NCBI GenBank assembly: GCA_963838215.1
Contig: CAWIQG010000003.1
Span: 64,240-128,239, forward strand
From: an uncultured Bacteroidales bacterium
GTDB lineage: Bacteria > Bacteroidota > Bacteroidia > Bacteroidales > VadinHA17
Length of the DNA: 64,000 nt
Reading direction: 5' to 3'
A program made the translations under genes and the position numbers. How positions within the stretch are numbered: the stretch's first letter is position 1; each line of letters opens with the position of its first letter. Below the pieces are notes generated by a model that made no database searches, was not told the origin of the DNA, and saw only the letters and a program-made list of their open reading frames with translations. Below are positions 29,488 through 40,388 of this stretch, one piece after another.

Positions 29488-30156
29488 TTAGCTGTATCCG
29501 ACAAGTGAAAGAAATCCTTCCCCAAGGAATTGTATGACCGGCCAAATGGGAAATACATTAACCTTGGTCAGAAAGCTTACTATTATCAGTCCAAATAGAA
29601 GGAGTGAACCATATTTATACAATCCATTATATAGTACCGGATATTTTTTGAACTGAGATAGTAAAAGATGCGAACCATCCAGAGGAGGAAGGGGAATAAG
29701 ATTAAAAATAAAGAGTCCCCAGTTTATATAAATAGCATAAAGAAAAACCTCAGACAAAATTTGCATAACTGAGCTGTGATAACCATGTAATTGCAGTGAT
29801 AAAACGGAAAAAATAACTGACAGGATCATTGCGAGTACTGCATTTGATAATGGACCTGCTAAAGCAATCTTTATAACATCCAGCTTTGGATTTCGTAAAT
29901 TCTGTTCGTTAAATTGTACAGGTTTAGCCCACCCGAATCCGGCAAATATAAGCATAACAAAACCTAACAAATCAATATGTTTTAATGGATTCAATGTGAC
30001 TCTTCCCTGATCTTTTGAGGTTGAATCGCCGCACTTATGAGCAACAAATGCATGACAGAATTCATGCACAGTCAGTCCAAGAATAATTCCAGGAAGAAAT
30101 TTCAATATTCTGGCTAAATCAAAGCTTCCCATCCTGCCTTTTATTAACAGGTTCAT
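29488..30156 (-). CDS. Site-2 protease family (M50) zinc metalloprotease
   Basis: HEFCHAFVAH (HExxH) sits in a TM helix, LIPLPPLDGSH is the second conserved motif, and there are several TM segments. Confidence 0.75.
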   Translation of the reverse strand: MNLLIKGRMGSFDLARILKFLPGIILGLTVHEFCHAFVAHKCGDSTSKDQGRVTLNPLKHIDLLGFVMLIFAGFGWAKPVQFNEQNLRNPKLDVIKIALAGPLSNAVLAMILSVIFSVLSLQLHGYHSSVMQILSEVFLYAIYINWGLFIFNLIPLPPLDGSHLLLSQFKKYPVLYNGLYKYGSLLLFGLIIVSFLTKVNVFPIWPVIQFLGEGFLSLVGYS

Positions 30157-30919
30157 AGAAATCTTCCTTTGTCAGTTTACATATTTTTATCGCCTTAAGA
30201 GCATACATTGCACCTGAAAAATCTTTATTATAATTATTTGTTCCAACCGTAAATTTAATTCCTGCCTCTTTAGCTCTTGCTATAAATTTAAAGGAAGGAA
30301 TTTCATATCGATTGTTTATTTCAATAGCAATGTTGTGATCTTTTGCTGCCCTGATCACTTTTTCCATCCGCTTGTCTGTCCAGAATTTATCGTATCTATC
30401 ATTCATTTGGTCAGGTAAATATGTTGCATTTACATACATATTAATTGGCTCAGTGCTTATTATTTTTACAATAGTGTTAACCAGGTAATCCATGAACTCT
30501 TCCTCATTATCTATCCACGTCTCATCTTTTATCCATATCCGGTTTCTTCTTCCCTTTGCATCGGTGAAGGTCATGGCATCAGTGAATATATAATCAAATT
30601 TGTTCAGTGATTCTTTTGAAAAAATATTTACCCATTCTCTTCCTTCAGCCTGCATACCTATATAAAACTGAGGGTAGTTTTTTAATGACTGTACTACTGA
30701 ATCTATCTGGCTATCTGTATGTACCGGGAAACCCAGCCCGCAATTTGCAGCAATACCATACCTGATATGTTCATTTTTCGATTTTATTACAGCATCCTGA
30801 ATTGTAAAACCACCTTTAAGGTGTATATGCAAATCTGTTATAGGAAAACTACTATTATTTTTGCAATTCATTAATAGAAATGTGAACAGAACAATGGTTA
30901 ATACTATGTTTCTTTTCAT
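30119..30919 (-). CDS. Putative metal-dependent hydrolase (PHP/amidohydrolase-like) with a lipoprotein signal
   Basis: Signal LLMNC, then the metal-binding-like start ITDLHIHLKGG and later TVGTNNYN. The family assignment is tentative. Confidence 0.4.
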   Translation of the reverse strand: MKRNIVLTIVLFTFLLMNCKNNSSFPITDLHIHLKGGFTIQDAVIKSKNEHIRYGIAANCGLGFPVHTDSQIDSVVQSLKNYPQFYIGMQAEGREWVNIFSKESLNKFDYIFTDAMTFTDAKGRRNRIWIKDETWIDNEEEFMDYLVNTIVKIISTEPINMYVNATYLPDQMNDRYDKFWTDKRMEKVIRAAKDHNIAIEINNRYEIPSFKFIARAKEAGIKFTVGTNNYNKDFSGAMYALKAIKICKLTKEDFYEPVNKRQDGKL

Positions 30920-31138
30920 GATATATCAAATTAAATTTTCACTAAGATGTTTCATATTGGTAATTAATGATGATTTCTTTTGCCGGTATAAAGCTAACAA
31001 AAAAGCCTGTTCACAACAAAATACAGATCTGAATAATTGGTACTCAACTCATTCTTCAAATAGTTCTGATAAAGAATCATTTTTATCACTCTTTTATTTC
31101 TGATAAAAATCTCTTACGTTTACAAAAAGAGAATATTC

Positions 31139-32314
31139 ATGCAAAAGATACTTTTTGTTACAGTAGTTCTGTTCTTAATAAATGTTTCTGAACTCTTTTC
31201 TCAATCAGCTACCGATACAACTGTGTATCTTTTAACATGCGGTCAGGGTACTGAAACATATTCAATATATGGTCACAGCGCTTTAAGAGTTCTTATCCCT
31301 GATAAGCATATAGATAATACCTATAACTGGGGGGAATTCGATTTCAATACTCCAAATTTTGCATGGAAATTTGCCAAGGGACGACTTGATTATATGATTT
31401 TTGAAGAGCCATTGAAAGGGTTTTTGCAAGGTTATTTTTTTGAGAAGAGATTTGTCTGTTCTCAGAAACTCAACATTGATGGGAAAGAGAAACGTAAGCT
31501 AATTGAACTGATCAATGAAAATCTGAAACCTGAAAATGTCAGATACAAATATGATTTCTTTTATGATAATTGTTCGACCAGGATTAGGGATCTCCTTGAA
31601 AAATCCGTCGGGAATAAACTTCTGTATCCGCCCGTTGAATCGGGAGATATCCCAACTTTCAGAATGCTGATCGGTAAATATCAGAATCCTTATCCATGGC
31701 TAAAATTCGGAATTGATCTTTTACTGGGTTCCCCAACTGATAAGAAAGCAGCATTCCGTGACAGAATGTTCCTTCCTATCGAAATGAAAAGTGAACTTTC
31801 AGAAACAGTTATAAACAGGTCCGGCAACATGATTCCACTACTTCAGAATCCGGAAGTCATTCTTGATTTTAGTCCACCCATAATGCAACAGAGATTTTTA
31901 ATATCCCCGGCATTTATATTTACTCTTTTATTAATAATTATAATAATCCTGACAACTGTGTTTAAAAGCTGGATGGTTGCTAATTATGTAGATATCATTA
32001 TCTTTTCAGTTTTTTCTATGCTGGCAGTGCTAATGATCTTTTTCAATTTTTTTACCGATCACCAGCAAACTAAATGGAACCTGAATATAATATGGCTGAA
32101 TCCTTTTATCTTTTTATGTCTTATAACGCTGATACTAAAAAAAACAGGATCGGTCTGGTTCAGAATTGTGTTTTATATCGTTCTGGCTTTTCTTGCTCTT
32201 AATGTATTTTTGCCTCAGGAATTCAACAGTGCATTTTTCCCGTTAATACTTATTCTTATGGAAAGGAGTTCTGTCAGAGCAGGTTTTAAATGGAATCCAC
32301 TTTCAATTAAATAA
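31139..32314 (+). CDS. DUF4105 (Lnb N-terminal like) domain membrane protein
   Basis: The block VYLLTCGQGTETYSIYGHSALRV is characteristic of DUF4105. The C-terminal half has several TM helices. Confidence 0.7.
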   Translation: MQKILFVTVVLFLINVSELFSQSATDTTVYLLTCGQGTETYSIYGHSALRVLIPDKHIDNTYNWGEFDFNTPNFAWKFAKGRLDYMIFEEPLKGFLQGYFFEKRFVCSQKLNIDGKEKRKLIELINENLKPENVRYKYDFFYDNCSTRIRDLLEKSVGNKLLYPPVESGDIPTFRMLIGKYQNPYPWLKFGIDLLLGSPTDKKAAFRDRMFLPIEMKSELSETVINRSGNMIPLLQNPEVILDFSPPIMQQRFLISPAFIFTLLLIIIIILTTVFKSWMVANYVDIIIFSVFSMLAVLMIFFNFFTDHQQTKWNLNIIWLNPFIFLCLITLILKKTGSVWFRIVFYIVLAFLALNVFLPQEFNSAFFPLILILMERSSVRAGFKWNPLSIK

Positions 32315-32466
32315 CAGAACAATAAAGCTGCATTTAACAAAAATTTAACACTCCTTAACATCACTTTATAAATTGACCGACTTTTTTTGTGAACTGATTC
32401 CTTAAAGAATTCAGAAGTGATTATTGATACTTGTTTTATTATATTTGCTACTTAAATTTTTTAGCT

Positions 32467-33462
32467 ATGGAGCAGACTGCTGACATCAGGATTTTAAATG
32501 AAAAGATTGAAAAAGAAAGTGCCTTTGTCGACATCATAAGGATGGAGATGAATAAAGTGATTGTTGGTCAGAGACACCTGACCGACAGCCTTATGATAGG
32601 CCTTCTTGCTAATGGTCACATACTTCTGGAAGGAGTACCCGGCCTTGCTAAAACGCTTGCGATAAAATCGCTTGCATCAATTATTGATGCAAAATTCAGC
32701 AGAATACAATTTACCCCAGATCTTCTTCCTGCCGACCTTATCGGTACAATGATATACAGCCAGAAAAAGGAAGAGTTTATTGTAAAAAAGGGACCTGTAT
32801 TCGCAAACTTTATTCTTGCTGATGAGATTAACAGGTCGCCGGCTAAGGTACAGAGTGCCTTACTCGAAGCAATGCAGGAGAGACAGATTACAATAGGTGA
32901 GTCGACGTTTAAACTCGATGAACCTTTTCTGGTTCTTGCTACTCAGAACCCTATTGAACAGGAAGGAACATACCCTCTTCCTGAAGCACAAATCGACAGA
33001 TTCATGATGAAAGTCCTTATTGATTATCCAACAATGGATGAAGAGAAACTGATAGTCAGAGAAAATCTTGCAAAAGATTTTCCCAAAACAAATTCAGTGC
33101 TCAAAACTGAAGACATCATAAGGGCGCGTAATATTGTCAGGGAAGTGTATATGGATGAAAAAATCGAAAACTATATCCTTAATATTGTTTTTGCAAGCCG
33201 TGATCCTGAAAAATACGGTCTTCCAATATTTTCAAATATGATATCCTATGGAGCATCACCTAGAGCTTCAATTAACCTTGCACTTACAGCAAAGGCGTTC
33301 GCATTCATAAAAAGGAGGGGGTACGTTATTCCTGAAGATATCAGAACTATATGCCCCGATGTCATGCGTCACAGGATAGGTCTTACTTATGAAGCTGAAG
33401 CTGAAAATATAGATCAGGATCATATAATTTCCGAAATCCTTAATGTTGTTGAAGTTCCGTAG
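32467..33462 (+). CDS. MoxR-like AAA+ ATPase (first gene of the Bat-type operon)
   Basis: Walker A EGVPGLAKT, Walker B ILADEINR, sensor TQNPIEQEGTYPLPEAQIDRF. The ATG at 32467 is preferred over the track start 32431. Confidence 0.9.
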   Translation: MEQTADIRILNEKIEKESAFVDIIRMEMNKVIVGQRHLTDSLMIGLLANGHILLEGVPGLAKTLAIKSLASIIDAKFSRIQFTPDLLPADLIGTMIYSQKKEEFIVKKGPVFANFILADEINRSPAKVQSALLEAMQERQITIGESTFKLDEPFLVLATQNPIEQEGTYPLPEAQIDRFMMKVLIDYPTMDEEKLIVRENLAKDFPKTNSVLKTEDIIRARNIVREVYMDEKIENYILNIVFASRDPEKYGLPIFSNMISYGASPRASINLALTAKAFAFIKRRGYVIPEDIRTICPDVMRHRIGLTYEAEAENIDQDHIISEILNVVEVP

Positions 33463-33471
33463 CAGTTCAGT

Positions 33472-33876
33472 ATGAGAATAATAACACTATTTGCAATTTT
33501 TATCTTGACTGTTGTTTGTGCTTATGGTCAAAACCTGATAGGGTATAATGACAAGGAAATCAAAGAGTATATGAAGGAGAATTGCAGAGGAATGAGTTTT
33601 AATAATGTCACAAATAGTAAATTCAAATATTTGAAATACTCTGATAATTCTGATAATCAGACCTTTTTGTTTTTTTTAAATCCCGATTCTGTTTGCAATA
33701 GTGTAAGAATGATTTGTAATGTAAATATGAAAACTGAAAAAGTTAAAGAGCTGGATTCTACCTACACAAAAATCAGTGAAAACAGATGGATTGATAAAAG
33801 AAATGGAAAAGATTACGTTATCGAGATGAAAGATGAAAAATGGTCCTGCATTGTTATAATAGAACCTGATAAATAA
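33472..33876 (+). CDS. Small secreted hypothetical protein (134 aa)
   Basis: Signal peptide MRIITLFAIFILTVVCAYGQ. It sits between moxR and the DUF58 gene. Confidence 0.5.
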   Translation: MRIITLFAIFILTVVCAYGQNLIGYNDKEIKEYMKENCRGMSFNNVTNSKFKYLKYSDNSDNQTFLFFLNPDSVCNSVRMICNVNMKTEKVKELDSTYTKISENRWIDKRNGKDYVIEMKDEKWSCIVIIEPDK

Positions 33877-33887
33877 TTTGTTGTCAA

Positions 33888-34751
33888 GTGGAAGCAATCG
33901 AATTATTAAAAAAAGTCCGGAGAATTGAAATTAAAACCAGGGGGTTGAGCAGACATATTTTTGCCGGCGAATATCATAGTGCTTTTAAAGGTCGTGGCAT
34001 CGCATTCAGCGAGGTAAGGGAATATCAGTACGGAGATGATATAAGGAGTATTGACTGGAACGTAACTGCCCGTTTTAACCATCCGTATGTTAAGGTATTT
34101 GAGGAGGAGAGGGAGCTCACTGTTATGCTGCTTATTGATGTAAGCGGATCGGGCAATTTCGGGACCACTGTCAGCTATAAAAGAGATATTATGACTGAAG
34201 TAGCTGCGGTACTTTCATTTTCAGCCATATTTAATAATGACAAAATCGGGGTAATATTCTTTTCAGACAAAGTTGAAAAATTCATTCCACCACAAAAGGG
34301 ACGGAAACATATTCTCAGAATTATTAGGGAGCTTCTTGACTTTAAATCTCAGAGCAAAAAAACAAATCTTGATGAACCATTGCGATTCCTTACAAACGCT
34401 ATAAAGAAAAGGTGTACAGCTTTTATTATTTCTGATTTTATTGTTCCTGATTTTGAGGAGGCACTTAGAATTGCATCGAACAAACATGATATTGTTGCAT
34501 TAAAAGTGTTTGATCCGGTTGAAAAGGCGATTCCGAACATAGGTTTTATGAAAGTTTCAGATGCTGAATCAGATTCTGAAATATGGATTGATACTTCATC
34601 AGGAATTACCAGGAATGCGTATGAAAAATGGTGGACTGATCATATCGAACTGATTAAAAATATTTTTAAAAGATGCGGAGTGGATTCAGCAGAATTAAGA
34701 ACAGACCTTGATTATGTAAAGCCACTTATAAAGTTGTTTGAGAACAGATAA
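33888..34751 (+). CDS. DUF58 domain protein (MoxR partner)
   Basis: GTG start. It has the hallmark REYQYGDDIRSIDWNVTAR and a VWA-like DVSGSG. Confidence 0.85.
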   Translation: MEAIELLKKVRRIEIKTRGLSRHIFAGEYHSAFKGRGIAFSEVREYQYGDDIRSIDWNVTARFNHPYVKVFEEERELTVMLLIDVSGSGNFGTTVSYKRDIMTEVAAVLSFSAIFNNDKIGVIFFSDKVEKFIPPQKGRKHILRIIRELLDFKSQSKKTNLDEPLRFLTNAIKKRCTAFIISDFIVPDFEEALRIASNKHDIVALKVFDPVEKAIPNIGFMKVSDAESDSEIWIDTSSGITRNAYEKWWTDHIELIKNIFKRCGVDSAELRTDLDYVKPLIKLFENR

Positions 34752-34756
34752 TAATT

Positions 34757-35737
34757 ATGAAGAGGTTTTTAATTTACATATTCGTTTCGTTTGCGATAAT
34801 TTCTGCCACGTTCGCACAAGAAGTAAATGTGACCTCATCCCCTGATACTTCCAGAATATTTATTGGTGATCAGATAAGATTTTCAATTACTGTTGATAAA
34901 CCATCCAACCTTCGGATAGCTCTTCCTTTCTACAAGGATTCATTATGTAAAAACATTGAAATTCTTTCAGGCCCGGTTGTTGATAGCTCCTCCGTTCAGA
35001 ATGGTAGAATCAAAATTATCGAGAAATATCTTATAACATCTTTTGATTCAGGATCATATCAGATTCCTCCTGTTTTTGTTGAAATGAAAGATGAGAAGGG
35101 AATAAAAAGATTTTATTCTGATTATTCCCGGCTTAAGGTAATGAGAGTCAAAATTGCACCCACTGATACAACAGCAAAAATTTATGATATTATTAAACCC
35201 TACAGGGCACCTGTAACTGTCGGGGAAATACTTCCATGGGTACTGCTTGTTGCGGTTCTTGCAGTTCTGGTGTGGGCTATAATAAGATTTATCCGCAAAC
35301 TTAAGAAGTCCACAACAGGTATTGAACCTGTCATTGATCCTGATCCGGCTCATGTAGTTGCTTTCCGTGAACTTGAAAAACTCCGGGAAGAAAAGCTATG
35401 GCAGAAGGGCGAGATAAAGAACTATTATACAAAGCTGACTGAAATATTACGCCAGTATCTGGAGAACAGATTCAGAGTGTTTTCTCTTGAACTGACTACA
35501 TCTGAGACACTTGAGGCTCTTGTTAAAACCGGTTTTAAAAAGGACTCATCATACAATAAGCTTAAAACAATTCTGACAGGAGCCGATCTTGTAAAATTTG
35601 CTAAATATAATCCCGAACCATCAGAGAATGAATCACATTTTCAGAATGCATGGGATTTTGTACTTATTACAAAAGAGAATGAAGTGATTATTGACTCTGT
35701 AAATGAAAAAGAAAAGGCAAGGGAGGAAAGTAAATGA
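34757..35737 (+). CDS. Bat-operon membrane protein of unknown function
   Basis: Signal peptide plus one central TM (ILPWVLLVAVLAVLVWAII). Its position between the DUF58 gene and BatA matches Bacteroides bat loci. Confidence 0.6.
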   Translation: MKRFLIYIFVSFAIISATFAQEVNVTSSPDTSRIFIGDQIRFSITVDKPSNLRIALPFYKDSLCKNIEILSGPVVDSSSVQNGRIKIIEKYLITSFDSGSYQIPPVFVEMKDEKGIKRFYSDYSRLKVMRVKIAPTDTTAKIYDIIKPYRAPVTVGEILPWVLLVAVLAVLVWAIIRFIRKLKKSTTGIEPVIDPDPAHVVAFRELEKLREEKLWQKGEIKNYYTKLTEILRQYLENRFRVFSLELTTSETLEALVKTGFKKDSSYNKLKTILTGADLVKFAKYNPEPSENESHFQNAWDFVLITKENEVIIDSVNEKEKAREESK

Positions 35738-36726
35738 ATGGAATAACATTTGCCGAACCACTTTTTCTATATCTGCTTGCAGTGATACCTGCAATGATTG
35801 CCTTTTATGTACTGAAGCAACAAAAAGCGACGCCTTCTTTAAGAATGCCTGGGTTACAGCCCTTCGCAGAAGCAGGGACGACCTTCAGGCATTATCTCAG
35901 ACATATTCTTTTTGCTTTTCGTGCCATTGCTGTGACCCTGTTTATTATTGTACTGGCTCGTCCGCAGTCGACAGATAGGTTTCAGAATACCTCAACTGAA
36001 GGTATTGATATTGTAATGACCCTGGATATTTCCGGAAGTATGCTTTCGCAGGATTTCAAACCCAATAGGATAGAAGCAGCAAAAAATGTAGCTACAGAGT
36101 TCATCTCAGGGAGACCCTACGACCGGATGGGACTCGTTATTTTCAGCGGGGAGAGTTTTACACAATGCCCATTGACCACCGATCATGCAGTACTGATTAA
36201 TCTGCTCAGGGAAGTTCAAAGCGGGATGATTGAAGATGGAACGGCAATAGGCAATGGTCTGGCAACTGCCGTCAACAGAATTAAAGACTCACAGGCAAAA
36301 AGCAAAGTCATTATTCTTCTTACTGACGGGGTTAATAACAGAGGTGAAATTGCCCCAATGACAGCTGCCGGTATTGCAAAAACTTTTGGTATCAGAGTCT
36401 ATACAATTGGTGTTGGTACGGAGGGCATGGCTCCATATCCTGTACAAACACCTTTCGGAATACAATACCAGGATATGCCGTCTGAAATAGATGAAGCAAT
36501 CCTGCAGGATATTGCCAGGACAACGGGTGGTAAATATTTCAGAGCAACAGATAATGACAAACTTGTACAGATTTATAGCGAAATAGATAAGCTTGAGAAA
36601 TCAAAAATCGATGTCAGACAATTCAGCAGGAAGCAGGAAAGATTTCTGTTCCCTGCAATAGTCGCTTTTTGTCTGATTGTACTTGAAATTCTGGTTCGGA
36701 ACACAGTATTCAGAAATTTAACTTAA
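35734..36726 (+). CDS. batA: BatA, VWA-domain membrane protein
   Basis: N-terminal TM helices, a MIDAS motif LDISGSM, a TDGVNN block and a C-terminal TM. Confidence 0.8.
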   Translation: MNGITFAEPLFLYLLAVIPAMIAFYVLKQQKATPSLRMPGLQPFAEAGTTFRHYLRHILFAFRAIAVTLFIIVLARPQSTDRFQNTSTEGIDIVMTLDISGSMLSQDFKPNRIEAAKNVATEFISGRPYDRMGLVIFSGESFTQCPLTTDHAVLINLLREVQSGMIEDGTAIGNGLATAVNRIKDSQAKSKVIILLTDGVNNRGEIAPMTAAGIAKTFGIRVYTIGVGTEGMAPYPVQTPFGIQYQDMPSEIDEAILQDIARTTGGKYFRATDNDKLVQIYSEIDKLEKSKIDVRQFSRKQERFLFPAIVAFCLIVLEILVRNTVFRNLT

Positions 36727-36740
36727 AGGCAGAAAATAAA

Positions 36741-37781
36741 ATGCAATTGTTCAGATTTGCAAATCCCAATTTTTTGTACTTGTTGCTTCTGCTTCCGGTG
36801 GTAATACTATTATATTTTATCAATAAAATTAGGAGGAATAGAGCACTAAAACGATTCGGAGATATAAATCTGGTTTCCAGCCTTGTTCCTGAATCGTCTA
36901 AAATACGGCCTATTGTTAAATTCATCTTGCAACTGGTCGCAGTCACATCAGGTATTATTATGCTTTCAAGACCTCAATTCGGTTCAAAGATTGAAGATAT
37001 TAAAAAACAGGGCGTTGAAGTAATAATTGCTCTCGATGTAAGTAACTCTATGCTGGCTGAAGATATTCAGCCTGACAGACTTACAAGGGCAAAACAGGCA
37101 ATATCACGTTTGATAGATAACCTTGATAATGACAGAATAGGATTAATTGTCTTTGCCGGCGATGCATACACCCAGATACCGGTCACCACAGATTATGTTT
37201 CCGCAAAAATGTTCCTTTCAACAATTAATCCCGATATGGTACCAAAACAGGGTACAGCAATTGGCGCTGCAATCAGTTTGGGAATCAGATCATTCAGCCC
37301 GGGTGAAGGTAAAAGCAAGGCCATGATCATAATTACCGATGGTGAAAACCATGAAGACAACCCTGTATCAGATGCTGAAGGGGCATCAAAAGCCGGAATA
37401 GTCATATACACAATAGGAATAGGTTCGACAGAGGGAGTACCTATACCTTTAATAATTAATGGTAAAAAAGATTATCTTAAAGATATCGACGGAAACACGG
37501 TAATTACCAAACTTGATGAAGATATTCTGAAGAAAATTGCAATAAGTACGAATGGAAGTTATGTAAGAGCAAGCAATTCAAATATTGGTCTTGATGAGAT
37601 CTTCAATAAGATAAAAAAAATGAAAAAACAGGAACTGGAAAGTACAATGTACACCGAATATAATGATCAATTCCAGATTTTTGCTGCTATTGCTTTATTC
37701 CTTCTTATGGTTGACTTCATAATCATGGAAAGAAAAAACAGGAGATTAGCTGATATAAGATTGTTTAAATTTAGAGTTTAA
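36741..37781 (+). CDS. batB: BatB, VWA-domain membrane protein
   Basis: MIDAS LDVSNSM, an ITDGENH block, and terminal TM helices. Confidence 0.8.
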   Translation: MQLFRFANPNFLYLLLLLPVVILLYFINKIRRNRALKRFGDINLVSSLVPESSKIRPIVKFILQLVAVTSGIIMLSRPQFGSKIEDIKKQGVEVIIALDVSNSMLAEDIQPDRLTRAKQAISRLIDNLDNDRIGLIVFAGDAYTQIPVTTDYVSAKMFLSTINPDMVPKQGTAIGAAISLGIRSFSPGEGKSKAMIIITDGENHEDNPVSDAEGASKAGIVIYTIGIGSTEGVPIPLIINGKKDYLKDIDGNTVITKLDEDILKKIAISTNGSYVRASNSNIGLDEIFNKIKKMKKQELESTMYTEYNDQFQIFAAIALFLLMVDFIIMERKNRRLADIRLFKFRV

Positions 37782-37798
37782 TCTAATGTCGAGATCAG

Positions 37799-38560
37799 AT
37801 GTTTAATATGAATTATAATATTATAACCCGGACTTTCTTTATTGGCCTGTTAAACTTTATGTTACTTGTGTTTTGTACTAATCTCAATGCACAATCCGAC
37901 AAAAAGTTCATCAGACAGGGAAACAGGGAGTATGAAAAGGATAAGTTTTCAGATTCTGAGATATCGTATCGCAAAGCTGTAGATAAGAATAAACAATCAA
38001 CGGATGCAATATTTAATGTGGGAGATGCTCTGTATAAGCAGAAAAAATACGAAGAAGCAGGTAAGGAATTCATTGAAAATGCTAATCAGAATGATGACAG
38101 GAATAAAAAATCAGCAGGATTGTACAATCTTGGGAATTCTCTGTTAAAGGCAAATAAAGTTAAAGAGAGTATTGATGCATATATAAGCTCGCTTAAGCTT
38201 CGCCCAGATAATAAGGAAGCTAAGTATAATCTTGCATATGCACAGGATTTGCTGAAGCTACAAGAGCAGCAGAAGCAGCAACAACAGAAGAATAAGGAAA
38301 AACAGGATCAGAACAACGATAAAAATAAAGAAGATCAGAATAAAGACCAAAAAGATCAAAACAATAAGAATAAGGAAAAACAGAAGGATCAGGACAAAAA
38401 TCAGGATCAGCAAAAGCAGCAACAGCAGCAGCAGGCTATTTCCAGGGAAGATGCCCAAAGGTTGCTCAATGCTCTTGCCAATGATGAAAAAAAAGTCCAG
38501 GAAAAGGTTAAACTTGCAAAAGCAACTAAAGAAAGAGTTCGTACCATAAAAAACTGGTAA
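37799..38560 (+). CDS. batC: BatC, TPR protein with a Gln/Lys/Asp-rich low-complexity tail
   Basis: TPR repeats (AIFNVGDALYKQKKYEEA..., LYNLGNSLLKANK...) are followed by QEQQKQQQQKNKEKQDQNNDKNKEDQNKDQ.... Confidence 0.75.
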   Translation: MFNMNYNIITRTFFIGLLNFMLLVFCTNLNAQSDKKFIRQGNREYEKDKFSDSEISYRKAVDKNKQSTDAIFNVGDALYKQKKYEEAGKEFIENANQNDDRNKKSAGLYNLGNSLLKANKVKESIDAYISSLKLRPDNKEAKYNLAYAQDLLKLQEQQKQQQQKNKEKQDQNNDKNKEDQNKDQKDQNNKNKEKQKDQDKNQDQQKQQQQQQAISREDAQRLLNALANDEKKVQEKVKLAKATKERVRTIKNW

Positions 38561-38576
38561 TCAGAATGAATTTTAA

Positions 38577-40388
38577 ATGAAAAAAGCTTTAATATACCAG
38601 ATAGCTTTCTGCTTATCACTTCTCGCTGCAGGTCAGGATGTCGTTGTGAAAGTTGAGTGCCCTTCAGTTGTCACTGCCGGACAGCAGTTCACTATAATGT
38701 GGACAGTTAATTCCGGTGGCGGAGAGTTTTCTGCTCCATCATTTAATGGATTTTATAAACTAATGGGGCCTCAGACTTCATACAGTTCTAATACACAAAT
38801 AATTAACGGGAGAATGTCGAGTGAGACATCTTATTCTTATGTATATTATCTTCAGGCTGTTAATGAAGGAAAATATTTAATCTCACCGGCTGTCTTTAAA
38901 TTGAAAAATAAAACGTTTGCTTCTGATTCGGTACGAATTGAAGTCATTGGAAGTTCTTCTCAGAAACAGAGCGCTTCATCTGCAGGCAGAGCAAACAAGA
39001 ATAATTCGGAAGTAGAATCTTCCGGGAATGACATTTTTGTGAATCTGACTCTTGACCGTAAAGAACTATATCTTGGTGAGTACATTGTCGCTACAGTTAA
39101 AATTTATACAAGAGTTAATATTTCAGGGATCAACGAAATTAAATTTCCGCCATTTGACGGTTTTCTGAAAACTGATCTTGCTACCCCACCGCTCACATCA
39201 CTCAAACAGGAAAATGTTAATGGCACTGTTTACGGAACAGGTGTGGTACAACAATTTCTGTTATATCCTCAGGTTACAGGTGAAATTAATATTGAACCTG
39301 TTCAGTTATCAGTTCTCACTCAGCAAAAATCGAATCAGTCTGATCCGTTTTTTGGTGACTTTTTCACTACCTATTCCACAATACCAAAAACGGTAGCAAG
39401 CAGGGCAGTTCAAGTGAAAGTGAAACCTCTGCCTGGAATCCAGCCGGATGATTTTTCAGGAATTGTCGGTAAACTTGATATTAAGGCCGTGTTAAACAAG
39501 GATTCAGTTAATGTTAATGATGCAGTTAATTTCAGAATTATTATATCAGGTAGCGGTAACCTGAAAATTGCGGCAACTCCTGCTCTGAAATTATCTCCCG
39601 ATATTGAGGTATATGATCCTAAAATATCGGACGATATAAAAAACGGAGTCAATGGCGCTTCAGGACAAAAAACATTCGAATACTTACTGATACCCAGGCA
39701 TTATGGAGATTTTACAATTCCTTCCATATCCTATTCATATTTTAATACTTCAACCGGAAAATATGAAAAACTGAGTACACGGGAGTTTCATTTTAAAGCT
39801 CATAAAGGAAACGAACAGAATACAGGTATCACAGTTTATGGAGGTGTCGCAAAAGAAGATGTCAAATACCTTGGAAAAGATATCAGGTTCATTAGATCAG
39901 ACGCAGGAAGACTGACCAAATCGGAGAATATCATTTTATCGAAGCGTTCATTTTACAGTTCTTATGCATTTGCCCTTTTTGCATTCCTGTTAATACTGTT
40001 TTTAAGAAGAGAGCATATCAGGCGTAATTCCGACCTTTCGATTGTCAAGAACAGAAAAGCCGGGAAAATTGCGGTCAAAAGGCTTCGCTCAGCATCAAAT
40101 TGCCTGAAAAACAATCAGATCGATAAGTTTTACGAGGAGATTCTTAAAGCAATATGGGGTTATCTTAGCGATAAACTGGTAATACCGGTTTCAGATCTTA
40201 CAAGAAACAATGCAGTTACAGCACTTACAGAAAGAGGGATAGACGATGACAAAATTAAAAATCTGACATTTATTCTTGATACATGCGAATATGCAAGATA
40301 TGCGCCATCAGCTGCAGGCACTGAAGCTGAAACTGTCTATAATGGTGCATCCCAGTTTATTAAGTCAGTTGAAAATTCAATAGGATGA
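38577..40388 (+). CDS. batD: BatD (oxygen-tolerance family) protein
   Basis: 603 aa, with a signal peptide, repeated Ig-like beta-rich modules, a single TM near residue 470 and a helical tail. It follows BatC. Confidence 0.75.
   Translation: MKKALIYQIAFCLSLLAAGQDVVVKVECPSVVTAGQQFTIMWTVNSGGGEFSAPSFNGFYKLMGPQTSYSSNTQIINGRMSSETSYSYVYYLQAVNEGKYLISPAVFKLKNKTFASDSVRIEVIGSSSQKQSASSAGRANKNNSEVESSGNDIFVNLTLDRKELYLGEYIVATVKIYTRVNISGINEIKFPPFDGFLKTDLATPPLTSLKQENVNGTVYGTGVVQQFLLYPQVTGEINIEPVQLSVLTQQKSNQSDPFFGDFFTTYSTIPKTVASRAVQVKVKPLPGIQPDDFSGIVGKLDIKAVLNKDSVNVNDAVNFRIIISGSGNLKIAATPALKLSPDIEVYDPKISDDIKNGVNGASGQKTFEYLLIPRHYGDFTIPSISYSYFNTSTGKYEKLSTREFHFKAHKGNEQNTGITVYGGVAKEDVKYLGKDIRFIRSDAGRLTKSENIILSKRSFYSSYAFALFAFLLILFLRREHIRRNSDLSIVKNRKAGKIAVKRLRSASNCLKNNQIDKFYEEILKAIWGYLSDKLVIPVSDLTRNNAVTALTERGIDDDKIKNLTFILDTCEYARYAPSAAGTEAETVYNGASQFIKSVENSIG

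Noticed and set aside
35703-35978. 91-aa plus-strand ORF spanning the junction before batA
   Set aside because: It is an alternative frame overlapping the end of the upstream gene and the start of batA. The batA frame has the expected TM and VWA features.
38258-38619. Minus-strand ORFs of 66 and 70 aa made of poly-Leu and poly-Cys runs
   Set aside because: They are antisense readings of the CAG/AAG-rich low-complexity tail of BatC, not genes.
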